Assembly: GCA_050298595.1 (NCBI GenBank)
Contig: JBNKUM010000094.1
Location: forward strand, 96,001-160,000
Direction: 5' to 3'
Source of the DNA: Gammaproteobacteria bacterium
GTDB lineage: Bacteria; Pseudomonadota; Gammaproteobacteria; GCA-001735895
DNA: 64,000 nt
The notes under the pieces are model-generated. The model saw only the letters and a list, made by a program, of their open reading frames with translations, was not told the origin of the DNA and made no database searches. Of the stretch, positions 46,266-55,637 are shown piece by piece (position 1 is the stretch's first letter; every line of letters starts with the position of its first letter). The position numbers were made by a program, and so were the translations under genes.

Positions 46266-49157
46266 AAACGGTTTTATAAAAGCGGTTATCCCCTCAATTT
46301 CAAATCCTTTGGCCAGCTTCTGTAGTTTCTGGACAAACGGGATGTAAGCTTCATTCTCTGCTTGCAGGCGAGACAGCAACTCCTGTATTTCAAAGATCTG
46401 TCCTGTATCGGCTAATTGATACAGCTCACGCAGCTGTTCAGCGGGCGGTGTGACCATAGGTGCTTTGTCTTCGCTTTCTGCGCTGGCGTATGCCCATGTC
46501 AGTCCCAGCTGCTGTTCCAGGCAGTGGTATATCTCATCCAGGCGGTAGGGTTTGCTGATGTAGTCGTCCATTCCGGCTTTACGCATTTCCTGCTCTTCCT
46601 CAGAGAACGCCGAAGCTGTTACTGCCACAATTTTCACGTCACGACCTTCGGGAAGTGCGCGTATGCGTCGAGTGGCCTCCATGCCGTCCATGACTGGCAT
46701 ACGCCAGTCCATCCAGATCAAATCCGGCTGCCATTGCTGGAATAGCTCCACGCATTCCTCCCCATTTGATACCACCTTCACATCGAGGGAAATTCTGCTC
46801 ATGAGTTCGGTCAGAAGTAGCTGGTTTTCACTCTGATCCTCGGCGATCAGGATGCGGCGGTGAGGCTGCCCAGGAGCAAGACCTACTATGTCTCCCCTGT
46901 CGCTCTGCTCCACTTCGGCAATGGCCGCACTCTCGACCAGTTCGACAGGTAGTTCGACCCGGAACACGGAGCCTCTGCCAGGCTCACTTTCAACAACGAT
47001 AGTGCCGCCCATCAACTCAACAAACTGGTGGGTGATGGTCAGGCCCAGGCCGGTACCCTTCTGTCCCGCGCTCTGGGTCAGCTGCACGAAGGGCTGGAAG
47101 ATATGCTGCAGCCCTTCCTGATCCATACCGGGGCCGCTATCCTCGACTTCGATCAGTATATGGTAACGCTCTTTCTGCTTCACGCCCAGTCGAATGGTGA
47201 TGCCCCCGGTTTTGGTGAACTTGACCGCATTGCCGACCAGGTTGACCAGGATCTGTCGTAGCCGTGCCTCGTCGCTCCTGATTAATCGGGGGAACTCTGA
47301 CGATTGATCCAGCTTCAGTTGCAGTCCCTTCTGTTGAGCCCGCAGCCTCATCATGCCACTCACTTCCTTGATCAGTTTACTGAGGTCAAAGGTGGCGATT
47401 TCCAGTTGCAGTTTGCCCGCCTCGATTTTGGAGATCTCCAATACATCATTGATCAGATTGAGCAGGTGCTCACCGCTACGGTTGATGATGTCCAGTGTCT
47501 CGGCGTTGCTGGCCGTCACCAGAGGATCCTGCCGCATCAAGCTGGAGAAACCGAGAATGGCGTTGAGGGGAGTGCGCAATTCATGGCTCATATTGGCCAG
47601 AAAGGTGCTCTTGGCCAGATTGGCTTGCTCAGCCTGTTCTTTGGCGATCTCCAGCTGCCCTGTCCGTTCTTTGACCAGATCTTCAAGATTGTCCCGATGT
47701 TGCCTCAAGGCTTGTTCGGCCTGCTTGAGCTCAGTGATATCCATGATCGTGCCGATGACTTTACTGACCCGACCATCCTGGCGTACTGCCGTCGCCGTGG
47801 TTCGAATCCATTTGTGCTGGCCATCGGCAGAGGTAAAAGGTAATTCCAGATCGTAGGGTTCCCCCTGTTGTACGCAGCGTTGAAATGCAGCCGATACAGT
47901 GGGACGATCATTGGGGGCAAAACAGGAAAGGCTGCGCTCAAGATATTCAACCGATCCCGGGGGCTCCGGCTCGAAGCCATGGATGCGAAAAGCCTCCGCA
48001 GTCCAGAATGCGGTCTGGTGTTCGGTATCCCATTCCCATCCGCCGATTCTGGCGAGCCGTTGCGTCGCATTCAGCAGGGCTTCGCTTGCCTGCAGCGCTG
48101 CCTGGCGCGACTCCAGTGCATCGCTCATTTGTTCAAAGTCCTGCGCCAGTGCCGTCAATTCGGTAAAGCTGTCAGGAATGGAGGCCAGGGCTTTGTCCTG
48201 GCTAAAGTCTCCACTTGCCAGCGCACTGGTCCTGCGGCTAAGTTGCGTCAATGGGATGGCAACGAGCTGTTCAAGCTGGCGGCGTTGGCTCCAGGCCAGG
48301 ACCAGCCAGATGACCAGGGAGGTCAGGAGGGTCATGCCCAGTGCCAATAGATACGGGCCCATGGCGAGCAACAGCGGGGTTTGATCAACGACAACCCATC
48401 CCGAGCGCTGGATCCGGATAGCGCTACCCAGAACCAGTCTGTCAGCGTATCGATAAAACAGTGTGGCATCCCCGCTCAGCCCGCGACGAAATACCTCCAA
48501 CTGGCTCTGGTTGGTTTGTTGCTTAACCAGATCGAAGGAAGGGTGCGCCAGCAGTGTTCCGAACTGATCCAGAATGAAGATCAAGTCCTGGGTGTGTGCG
48601 CCGCTGCCGTGGGTGATTTCCTCCTGAAGTGCTCCCAGGCTCAATTCGCCAATGATCTGACCGCCCCGATCAAGCTGTCTGATCAGGTAAACCATAGGAT
48701 TGCCTGTACGAACCGATACAAAGGGCCTGGAGATGGTGAGCCTGTTCTGCTGCGTCGACTGAAGGTAAGACAGGTTGGACATATCCAGACCCTTGGAGCG
48801 CGGATCGGGAGGCGTGAGCAGTGTGATCCTGTTGCTGCTGTCCAGGTAGTAGACGGTATCAAAGTACCCGTACGCCTTCCATGTGCCTTGCATGAACGCC
48901 GACAGGTTCTCCGATACTGTAACCTCGGCGACCTGGCCTACTGCATCCAGCGTTCGAGTCGCCTGATCCAGGTAGCGGTCAACGGTTCGGGCTACCCATT
49001 GCACGGTTTGGTGTTGCCGAGCTTCCAGTCTTTGCTCTTCCAGATAGCCTGCCCCACCGATGGCGATCACACTCAACGCCACCAGTGGTACAAACAGGCG
49101 CAACAGCACTACACGTTGCAGTACTTCGGCAAGTGCAGGCGATTCTTTCTGGTTCAA
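46257..49157 (-). CDS. Hybrid sensor kinase (Cache-HAMP-PAS-HisKA-HATPase-REC)
   Basis: Two TMs around a Cache-like domain, PAS (IGGWEWD), FLANMSHELRTPLN, GTGLGL, receiver MDWRMP. Confidence 0.93.
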   Translation of the reverse strand: MNQKESPALAEVLQRVVLLRLFVPLVALSVIAIGGAGYLEEQRLEARQHQTVQWVARTVDRYLDQATRTLDAVGQVAEVTVSENLSAFMQGTWKAYGYFDTVYYLDSSNRITLLTPPDPRSKGLDMSNLSYLQSTQQNRLTISRPFVSVRTGNPMVYLIRQLDRGGQIIGELSLGALQEEITHGSGAHTQDLIFILDQFGTLLAHPSFDLVKQQTNQSQLEVFRRGLSGDATLFYRYADRLVLGSAIRIQRSGWVVVDQTPLLLAMGPYLLALGMTLLTSLVIWLVLAWSQRRQLEQLVAIPLTQLSRRTSALASGDFSQDKALASIPDSFTELTALAQDFEQMSDALESRQAALQASEALLNATQRLARIGGWEWDTEHQTAFWTAEAFRIHGFEPEPPGSVEYLERSLSCFAPNDRPTVSAAFQRCVQQGEPYDLELPFTSADGQHKWIRTTATAVRQDGRVSKVIGTIMDITELKQAEQALRQHRDNLEDLVKERTGQLEIAKEQAEQANLAKSTFLANMSHELRTPLNAILGFSSLMRQDPLVTASNAETLDIINRSGEHLLNLINDVLEISKIEAGKLQLEIATFDLSKLIKEVSGMMRLRAQQKGLQLKLDQSSEFPRLIRSDEARLRQILVNLVGNAVKFTKTGGITIRLGVKQKERYHILIEVEDSGPGMDQEGLQHIFQPFVQLTQSAGQKGTGLGLTITHQFVELMGGTIVVESEPGRGSVFRVELPVELVESAAIAEVEQSDRGDIVGLAPGQPHRRILIAEDQSENQLLLTELMSRISLDVKVVSNGEECVELFQQWQPDLIWMDWRMPVMDGMEATRRIRALPEGRDVKIVAVTASAFSEEEQEMRKAGMDDYISKPYRLDEIYHCLEQQLGLTWAYASAESEDKAPMVTPPAEQLRELYQLADTGQIFEIQELLSRLQAENEAYIPFVQKLQKLAKGFEIEGITAFIKPFLN

Positions 49158-49181
49158 CAGGACGAGCCTCTCAATGTTCTG

Positions 49182-50348
49182 TTAATGTTGTATTGCTGGT
49201 GCAGCATCGATGCTGACATATTTGCCATTACGAATGGCTCCAATATGGATGGGGCGCAGTGCATCACCGTATTCATCGAAATGGACGGTGTCGCTCAGGC
49301 CCTGGAACTCCTTCATATTTATCAGGGCCTGCTTCAACCCGTCAGCGTTACCACCGGTCTCTCGCAAGGCGAGCGTCAGCACCTTGGCAGCTTCATAGCC
49401 CATTACCGCCCCGAATGAGGGCGCGCGGCCGAACTTGGACTGGTAGCGTGTTGCGAAATCCTGATAATCCGGGTTTTGCTTGTTGAATGCACTAGTTAAT
49501 TCGATTCCCATCCCTTCGACTGCTTTGCCGCCATTGTTGATCAATGTCTCTGTCTGCGCCCAGGATGTGGTATACAGCGGAATTTGCCAGTCCATCAGGC
49601 GGGCTCGCTGGGCAATCAGCGCAGTGTCGGCATCGGCCGCGATAATCAATAGCTGATCCGGATTACTCTCGCGCAGCTGGGTGATCAACGGGCTGAAGTC
49701 AGGTTGCGCCTTCGACGAAAAGCTTGTCCTCGCAACTACCTTGCCACCCAGAGACTCGAATGCTTCCGCAAAGGCATCCAGATAAGCTGTGGTATATGCT
49801 GCGTTATCCGTGCCGTAGATAACGGCGATGCGGGTTCTATTAAGATCCTGGAAGATGTGCTGAGCGGACTGGACAGCCTGAGCCGCAATGGGTTGGACGA
49901 CACGGAAAAAGTAATCATCCTTGCTACTGAGTACCGGGGTCGAGGTGGTGGGGCTAAGCATTATGACCTCGGCTGGATTTGTCACGGCCAGCCCCGCCAG
50001 TGACTGGCTGCTGGTTGGGTGTCCAATGATAGCGACTACACCAGCCTTGATCAGTGCGCGGTCAGCAGCCTGGGCACCTTCTGGCGTGCCCAGGTCATCC
50101 TGTACCAGCAGTTCAACAGGACGCCCTGCAATGCCGCCCGCCGCATTGACCTCCTCCATGGCCAACTGCACACCGTTGCGCTCCTGAACCCCCAGTTCGG
50201 CCTGGATGCCTGTGAGCTGGCCAGCAAAGCCCACGAGGACAGGTTGCTCCTTGCTGCAGTTCGTGAGAAGCAGAGCCGCTATCGCTATTAATAGAATTGA
50301 CGGTATCGAACGCCTTGGCGTCCTGTGCATTAGCTTTATCGTGTTCAT
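49182..50348 (-). CDS. LivK-type (type 1) periplasmic binding lipoprotein, orphan
   Basis: Lipobox LTNC, GGIAGRPVEL..DD, DYFFR; no permease genes nearby. Confidence 0.88.
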   Translation of the reverse strand: MNTIKLMHRTPRRSIPSILLIAIAALLLTNCSKEQPVLVGFAGQLTGIQAELGVQERNGVQLAMEEVNAAGGIAGRPVELLVQDDLGTPEGAQAADRALIKAGVVAIIGHPTSSQSLAGLAVTNPAEVIMLSPTTSTPVLSSKDDYFFRVVQPIAAQAVQSAQHIFQDLNRTRIAVIYGTDNAAYTTAYLDAFAEAFESLGGKVVARTSFSSKAQPDFSPLITQLRESNPDQLLIIAADADTALIAQRARLMDWQIPLYTTSWAQTETLINNGGKAVEGMGIELTSAFNKQNPDYQDFATRYQSKFGRAPSFGAVMGYEAAKVLTLALRETGGNADGLKQALINMKEFQGLSDTVHFDEYGDALRPIHIGAIRNGKYVSIDAAPAIQH

Positions 50349-50526
50349 CTGTTTGCCTCTACGCTATGAGTTCGCAGTTGTCTTTTCAGTATAGGAAATT
50401 TAAACCTTACTTACAGACGTCAATATAAAAAAACTAATCCAGCATTCCGTAGTTGATCGCTAATTTATGATGTAAGGTAATGATAGATGTTGAATCAATT
50501 ATTGAATTTTATCCACACCCATTTGG

Positions 50527-50626
50527 GTTTTCAGCATGGATGCTGTTATTTCGCGAATGCATGGATGCATAGAAGCGTTTTCAGCATGGATGCTGTTAAT
50601 TCGCGGATGCATATATGCATAGGAGC
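50527..50626. repeat. 2 x 50 bp tandem repeat built from GCATGGATGC-type palindromes
   Basis: Units 50527-50576 and 50577-50626 differ at 5 positions. Confidence 0.9.
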
Positions 50627-50843
50627 ATGTACCCTGTAACGCTACAAAAATTTGTGAAAAATCCATGTTCAACATATGCCGTTGTGAGGCTTGAACTGTG
50701 AATAGGTCGAGCATATCAATCTGAACTGAGCTTATTAAATAAGGGAGGGCTAATTTAAGCTGCCCTTCGGTTTTTGGATAACTGGGGTTAATACAAATAG
50801 AAGTGACCAACTTTGTTTGCCACTTGAACTGATTCAAAACAGG

Positions 50844-50880
50844 TATAAGGTTTTACTTATAACTTGTATCAAAAACTATG
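50844..50880. promoter_or_regulatory. CbbR-type box upstream of cbbM
   Basis: TATAA-N8-TTATA, 6 bp gap, then ATCAAAAACTATG. Confidence 0.65.
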
Positions 50881-50987
50881 AATATCCTTTATTTTGATAA
50901 GAGAATATATTCTCAGCCTGTTTTTCAATAACCAGATAAAAACGCAGTTTTTTAGCTGATGCCTTAATACTTAAAGAGGAGCTCAAG

Positions 50988-52376
50988 ATGGCATTATTAG
51001 ATCAAACCGGACGTTACTCAGACCTGAGTTTAAACGAAGAAAATTTACTTGCTGATGGTAAACATATCCTGGTGGCATACACCATGGAACCTGCTGAAGG
51101 TCATGGGTATCTGGAAGCTGCTGCTCACTTTGCGGCGGAATCTTCTACCGGTACTAACGTAGAAGTATCAACTACCGATGATTTCACCAAGGGTGTAGAC
51201 GCTCTGGTTTACGAAATCGACGAAGCTAAAGGCATCATGAAGATTGCTTACCCGAATGAACTGTTCGATCGTAATGTGATCGATGGTCGCGCCATGATCG
51301 TTTCTTTCCTGACTTTGGCGATAGGTAACAATCAGGGCATGGGCGATATCAAAAACGCTCAAATGTTTGATTTCTATGTGCCGCCCAAAATGTTACGCCT
51401 GTTCGATGGCCCTGCGATGGATATCTCTGACATGTGGCGTGCACTGGGTCGTCCAATTAAAGATGGCGGTTATATTGCAGGTACTATCATCAAGCCTAAG
51501 TTGGGTCTGCGTCCTGAGCCTTTTGCTAATGCTGCCTACCAGTTCTGGTTAGGTGGTGATTTCATCAAGAATGACGAACCTCAGGGAAATCAGGTTTTCT
51601 GCCCAATGAAGAAGGTTATTCCTTTAGTTGCTGACGCTATGAAGCGCGCACAGGATGAAACTGGCGAAAACAAGCTTTTCTCAGCAAACATCACCGCAGA
51701 CGATCACCATGAAATGTGCGCTCGTGCAGATTTTGTACTGGAAACCTTCGGTGAAAATGCATCACAGGTAGCATTTCTGGTTGACGGCTATGTGGGTGGG
51801 CCCGGCATGGTAACAACGGCGCGTCGTAACTATCCTGGGCAATACCTGCATTATCATCGTGCGGGTCATGGTGCGGTGACTTCACCGTCTTCCAAGCGTG
51901 GTTACACAGCTTATATCCTGGCGAAAATGTCTCGTCTAATGGGGGCTTCCGGTATCCACGTAGGTACCATGGGTTACGGTAAGATGGAAGGTTCAGCGGA
52001 TGACAAGATTATTGCTTATATGATTGAGCGAGATGAGTGTCAGGGACCGGTTTACTACCAGAAGTGGTATGGCATGAAACCAACAACACCCATCATCTCT
52101 GGCGGTATGAACGCACTGCGTCTACCAGGTTTCTTTGAGAATCTGGGTCATGGTAACGTGATCAATACCTCTGGTGGTGGTGCTTACGGACATATCGATT
52201 CTCCTGCAGCAGGTGCTAAATCGCTGCATCAGGCTTATGACTGCTGGAAGCAGGGTGCAGACCCAATTGAGTACGCGAAAGAGCATCATGAATTTGCACG
52301 TGCATTCGAATCATTTGAGCATGATGCTGATGCACTGTATCCAGGTTGGAGAGACAAGCTGGGTGTTCATAAGTAA
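50988..52376 (+). CDS. cbbM: RuBisCO form II
   Basis: [33 protein letters not shown]; 462 aa, no small subunit gene. Confidence 0.99.
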   Translation: MALLDQTGRYSDLSLNEENLLADGKHILVAYTMEPAEGHGYLEAAAHFAAESSTGTNVEVSTTDDFTKGVDALVYEIDEAKGIMKIAYPNELFDRNVIDGRAMIVSFLTLAIGNNQGMGDIKNAQMFDFYVPPKMLRLFDGPAMDISDMWRALGRPIKDGGYIAGTIIKPKLGLRPEPFANAAYQFWLGGDFIKNDEPQGNQVFCPMKKVIPLVADAMKRAQDETGENKLFSANITADDHHEMCARADFVLETFGENASQVAFLVDGYVGGPGMVTTARRNYPGQYLHYHRAGHGAVTSPSSKRGYTAYILAKMSRLMGASGIHVGTMGYGKMEGSADDKIIAYMIERDECQGPVYYQKWYGMKPTTPIISGGMNALRLPGFFENLGHGNVINTSGGGAYGHIDSPAAGAKSLHQAYDCWKQGADPIEYAKEHHEFARAFESFEHDADALYPGWRDKLGVHK

Positions 52377-52397
52377 CAATAAGCCTGCGCTAATTAG

Positions 52398-52426
52398 AAA
52401 AGCCCCTGCTAGTCAGGGGTTTTTTT
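52398..52426 (+). terminator. Intrinsic terminator of cbbM
   Basis: AAAAGCCCCTG-CTAGT-CAGGGGTTTTTTT. Confidence 0.9.
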
Positions 52427-52437
52427 ATGGGAGCATA

Positions 52438-52511
52438 GTTCAGATAGCGGTCAGCAAAGAAATGCATATCACGCGGGTTCGATTAATCGAGATCATGTGC
52501 ATATGTTGATA
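52438..52511 (+). mobile_element. Frameshifted relic of IS200/IS605 TnpA (HUH motif)
   Basis: VQIAVSKEMHI in one frame, then AGSINRDHVHMLI in the next; resembles the TnpA HuH region. Confidence 0.65.
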
Positions 52512-52531
52512 ATTACATTGTTTATTATAAG

Positions 52532-52579
52532 TGTAAAAATTTCTGACAGATTGGTGAGGTATTGTAAAAGTTCTTGACA
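52532..52579. promoter_or_regulatory. Two TGT-N11-ACA enhancer sites (PEP-CTERM/PrsR box)
   Basis: TGTAAAAATTTCTGACA and TGTAAAAGTTCTTGACA, 31 bp apart. Confidence 0.8.
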
Positions 52580-52642
52580 GTATTTAAATTTAAATTTGAA
52601 TTTGTATTTGTAAGATTTTGATCTAAAGGTGTCATTTATTTT

Positions 52643-52658
52643 TGGTATGCTTAATGCA
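52643..52658 (+). promoter_or_regulatory. sigma54 promoter of the PEP-CTERM gene
   Basis: TGGTATGCTTAATGCA (GG-N10-GC). Confidence 0.8.
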
Positions 52659-52698
52659 TATAGACTTGCTGAAAAATCAACTTTGTCAGGAACATAAA

Positions 52699-53268
52699 AT
52701 GAAATTAGGGTTTTTTAAGGTGAAAAGCTTTTTTGCGATATTGTTAATCACTGTTAGCTTTAGTGCTAATTCAACAGTGATTTTTGAAATATCTGGCGTT
52801 ACAGCGGGAGTACCATTTCCCGGATATCATTCTATTTATAAAAACTCTGCTGAACTTACTTCTAACTATGGGTTTTCTCTTGATTCAATTAAAGATATAT
52901 ATTTAGGTTTGGATCTAACTGGTTACAACTATTATTTGAATGAATCCGAATTAGCTTTATTTGAAACTAATATTGGAACTGAAACTATCGTTGATAATGA
53001 TACAGGTCATTACTTAAGTGTTGTCAAAGATGCTTACATCGTTGATGTATTAACTGAAGTTAAATTATATTCTGGCACTTTATCAATTGAGTCTGAATAT
53101 GTCGATTCAACAGAAAGTACTGATGGATTTGGCTTATTTACGATGAGCTTTGATGCTCCTCTAGCTGTTCCTCAAGCTGTTCCAGAGCCAGGCGTTATTG
53201 TATTGTTTTCACTTGGTTTAGCCGGCCTTGGATTTGTCAGGAAGAGAAAACAGTCTCAACTTAAATAA
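52699..53268 (+). CDS. PEP-CTERM sorting-domain protein
   Basis: Signal peptide; C-terminal VPEP + hydrophobic helix + RKRK; start moved to ATG 52699 (AGGA RBS) because the called TTG sits in the promoter. Confidence 0.9.
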   Translation: MKLGFFKVKSFFAILLITVSFSANSTVIFEISGVTAGVPFPGYHSIYKNSAELTSNYGFSLDSIKDIYLGLDLTGYNYYLNESELALFETNIGTETIVDNDTGHYLSVVKDAYIVDVLTEVKLYSGTLSIESEYVDSTESTDGFGLFTMSFDAPLAVPQAVPEPGVIVLFSLGLAGLGFVRKRKQSQLK

Positions 53269-53401
53269 AATTGAAAGGTTTATTATACGAAAAGAGAATA
53301 TTTACCTTTATCTCTTAATCGTTTTATTAAAGGACTAGCTTCACTTGGGAGCCGTCATCTATATGACCCTTTGATATTCTTATTAGATGTTTTCCTTTTT
53401 T

Positions 53402-53574
53402 GTAGGTCGGATAGTCCGGGCATGGATGCCCGAGAGTATAGCTATGCAGGAAGCCGGAGCCGACGAGCAAAGCACTACCCCACGTAAACAATACAAGCAC
53501 CCAATCAAACTCAAAGGCAGGTCAATGTTGGAAGGCGTCGTTCCTTCATATACAACCTACCATATACAACCTAA
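53402..53574. repeat. REP-doublet (REPIN)-like element
   Basis: GTAGGTCGG...CCGAC at left, inverted GTAGGTTG...CAAC ending at 53560, internal CGGGCATGGATGCCCG palindrome, near-perfect 14 bp tandem duplication at the right end. Confidence 0.6.
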
Positions 53575-53728
53575 GATCCAGGGTTACATGTTGATTATGA
53601 CGCCAGGCTACCTTGTTCGGTAAACAGGCCAATGGTTGCATACAAAAATTGAACAAATTTGAATATTGGTTTTGAAATGAGGAGCCCAATATTTTATTTG
53701 AGTCCTCCTTATGAGCTATTTTTGAAAA

Positions 53729-54574
53729 TCAGTAATCATCCCTCACACGCACAAAACTGGCGAAGCGCGGGATACCATTAGCGGTAAAGCCAAAGTATTT
53801 ATAGGTAATCAACGATCCAATAGCGGGAGGATTTTTTCTTTCTTCATCAGAATATCCTGTGCCTATCCGGAAGCGTTTTTTATCTGCGGTTTCGACCAGT
53901 ATTGAGCCGAGCATGCCTTTGTATTTTCCTGACCCTGGAATGTGTTGAATCACTGTAGCTTCAGCATCAAGATAGGTTTTAAGTTTTAGTAAATCATCAG
54001 AGCGACCTTTGTTATATCTGGATGATCCCAGATGCAGCATCAGGCCTTCGCCACCCTGATGAACAATGTCATCCAGCTTTTTCATCAATGCTTCGTGACT
54101 GGAAATCCGGTATTGCTCAATCAGCTGGATATGTGAGGCGTTAATAGCTCCGATGATTTGTTTAAGCTGTTTTAGCCGCTCATCAAAAGTATCATCACTG
54201 CCGGGCAAATCAAAAACCATATACCTGATATCGCGCCAGTCAGCGTCGCTTGATGATTGTCGTCTGACCAGGCCAGAAAGCTGGGCAAACTTTTCTCGAC
54301 CTAACCATAGTTCACCATCCAGTGCGATTTGGGGTAGCGCTGCGGTAAACCATTCAGGTGCAGGGTAGATATTTCCCTGACGTGAAATTAGATGCGTCCC
54401 ATCCCAGTATGCCCTGACGCCATCGAGTTTTTCGCTTACCCAGTAATCCTGCAGATTAATGCCGGATTGATAAATATTGGCGAGCAGTAAATCTGGGGTT
54501 TGATCGACTGGATTAGAGGCATGAGAAAATGAGGGTAGTAAAAGGAACGGTAATAAAATGAAAAAAAGTTTCAT
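53729..54574 (-). CDS. Minimal ATP-dependent DNA ligase with signal peptide (LigE type)
   Basis: Signal peptide ending SHA, SEKLDGVRAYWDG, EGLML, LLKLK, PRFASF. Confidence 0.93.
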   Translation of the reverse strand: MKLFFILLPFLLLPSFSHASNPVDQTPDLLLANIYQSGINLQDYWVSEKLDGVRAYWDGTHLISRQGNIYPAPEWFTAALPQIALDGELWLGREKFAQLSGLVRRQSSSDADWRDIRYMVFDLPGSDDTFDERLKQLKQIIGAINASHIQLIEQYRISSHEALMKKLDDIVHQGGEGLMLHLGSSRYNKGRSDDLLKLKTYLDAEATVIQHIPGSGKYKGMLGSILVETADKKRFRIGTGYSDEERKNPPAIGSLITYKYFGFTANGIPRFASFVRVRDDY

Positions 54575-54809
54575 GAAATGGTTTCTCCCTGAAAATGAAA
54601 GTCCATGTTGAGATAATTAACTGGAATAATAGCATTTTGTGCTTAGGGTAAGGAGAAATTTTCCTGAAGTGCGCGCTTGCAAGATTCAGCCTTCGTAGCG
54701 TAGTCTATGGGTTGATGGGGGTGTTCAAAGATTTTAAGTTTTGGTGTGCTTTCATACCAAGTAGAATGTCCTTACTTCTTACGTACTAATTATATCCAAG
54801 GCAGCCATT

Positions 54810-55625
54810 ATGACTTCGAAAGATATCGATATAGAACAATACAAAATCACCAAAGAACCATTCTACGAAGCGCAAGAAGATGAAATACCCCTGTATGAAG
54901 CGGCGTACGAAGGTCGACTTCCGGTGATGATTAAGGGACCGACAGGTTGTGGTAAATCGCGCTTTATCGAGCACATGGCCTGGAAATTGGGCAAGCCTGT
55001 TATCACAGTGGCCTGTAATGAAGATATGACAGCATCGGATCTGGTAGGACGTTATCTGCTGGATGCAAATGGTACGCGCTGGCTGGATGGTCCGCTGACC
55101 ACTGCCGCACGTATTGGTGCCATCTGTTATCTGGATGAAATTGTAGAAGCGCGGCAGGATACGACTGTCGTCATTCATCCTCTTACCGACCATCGTAGAA
55201 CCCTGCCACTGGATAAAAAAGGCGAGTTGATTGATGCCCATCCAGATTTTCAGTTGGTTATTTCGTATAACCCCGGCTATCAAAGTCTGATGAAGGATTT
55301 AAAGCAATCCACCAAGCAACGTTTTGTAGCGCTGGATTTTGACTATCCTGATAGCGTGGTTGAAACCTCTATCGTCGCTAAAGAAGCATCGATAGATACG
55401 GATATTGCAGAGAAACTAGTCAAAGTGGCGCATACGGCCCGCAACCTGAAAGGTCATGGCCTGGACGAAGGTATCTCCACCCGATTGCTGGTGTATGCAG
55501 CGAACTTGATGAATAAAGGTGTCGAAGCCAAAGCTGCCTGCCGTATGGCATTAGTGCGACCCATTACCGATGATGCCGATATTCGTACTACCCTGTATCA
55601 CTCGATAGACAGTATTTTCGGCTGA
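54810..55625 (+). CDS. cbbQ: RuBisCO activase AAA+ CbbQ
   Basis: GPTGCGKS, CNEDMTASDLVGR, LDEIVEAR, SYNPGYQ. Confidence 0.96.
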   Translation: MTSKDIDIEQYKITKEPFYEAQEDEIPLYEAAYEGRLPVMIKGPTGCGKSRFIEHMAWKLGKPVITVACNEDMTASDLVGRYLLDANGTRWLDGPLTTAARIGAICYLDEIVEARQDTTVVIHPLTDHRRTLPLDKKGELIDAHPDFQLVISYNPGYQSLMKDLKQSTKQRFVALDFDYPDSVVETSIVAKEASIDTDIAEKLVKVAHTARNLKGHGLDEGISTRLLVYAANLMNKGVEAKAACRMALVRPITDDADIRTTLYHSIDSIFG

Positions 55626-55637
55626 TCCAGATTTCAA

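Noticed and set aside
46416-50394. Many long + strand ORFs (for example 48381..49418, 345 aa)
   Set aside because: Antisense shadows of the GC-rich kinase and binding-protein genes, with no motifs
50509-50517. DnaA box TTATCCACA
   Set aside because: Single copy here (another lies inside fimT), with no cluster or oriC context
50527-50626. Possible CRISPR array
   Set aside because: Only two contiguous units, no unique spacers, no cas genes
50499-50837. 112 aa minus-strand ORF
   Set aside because: Runs through the tandem repeat and has no recognisable domain
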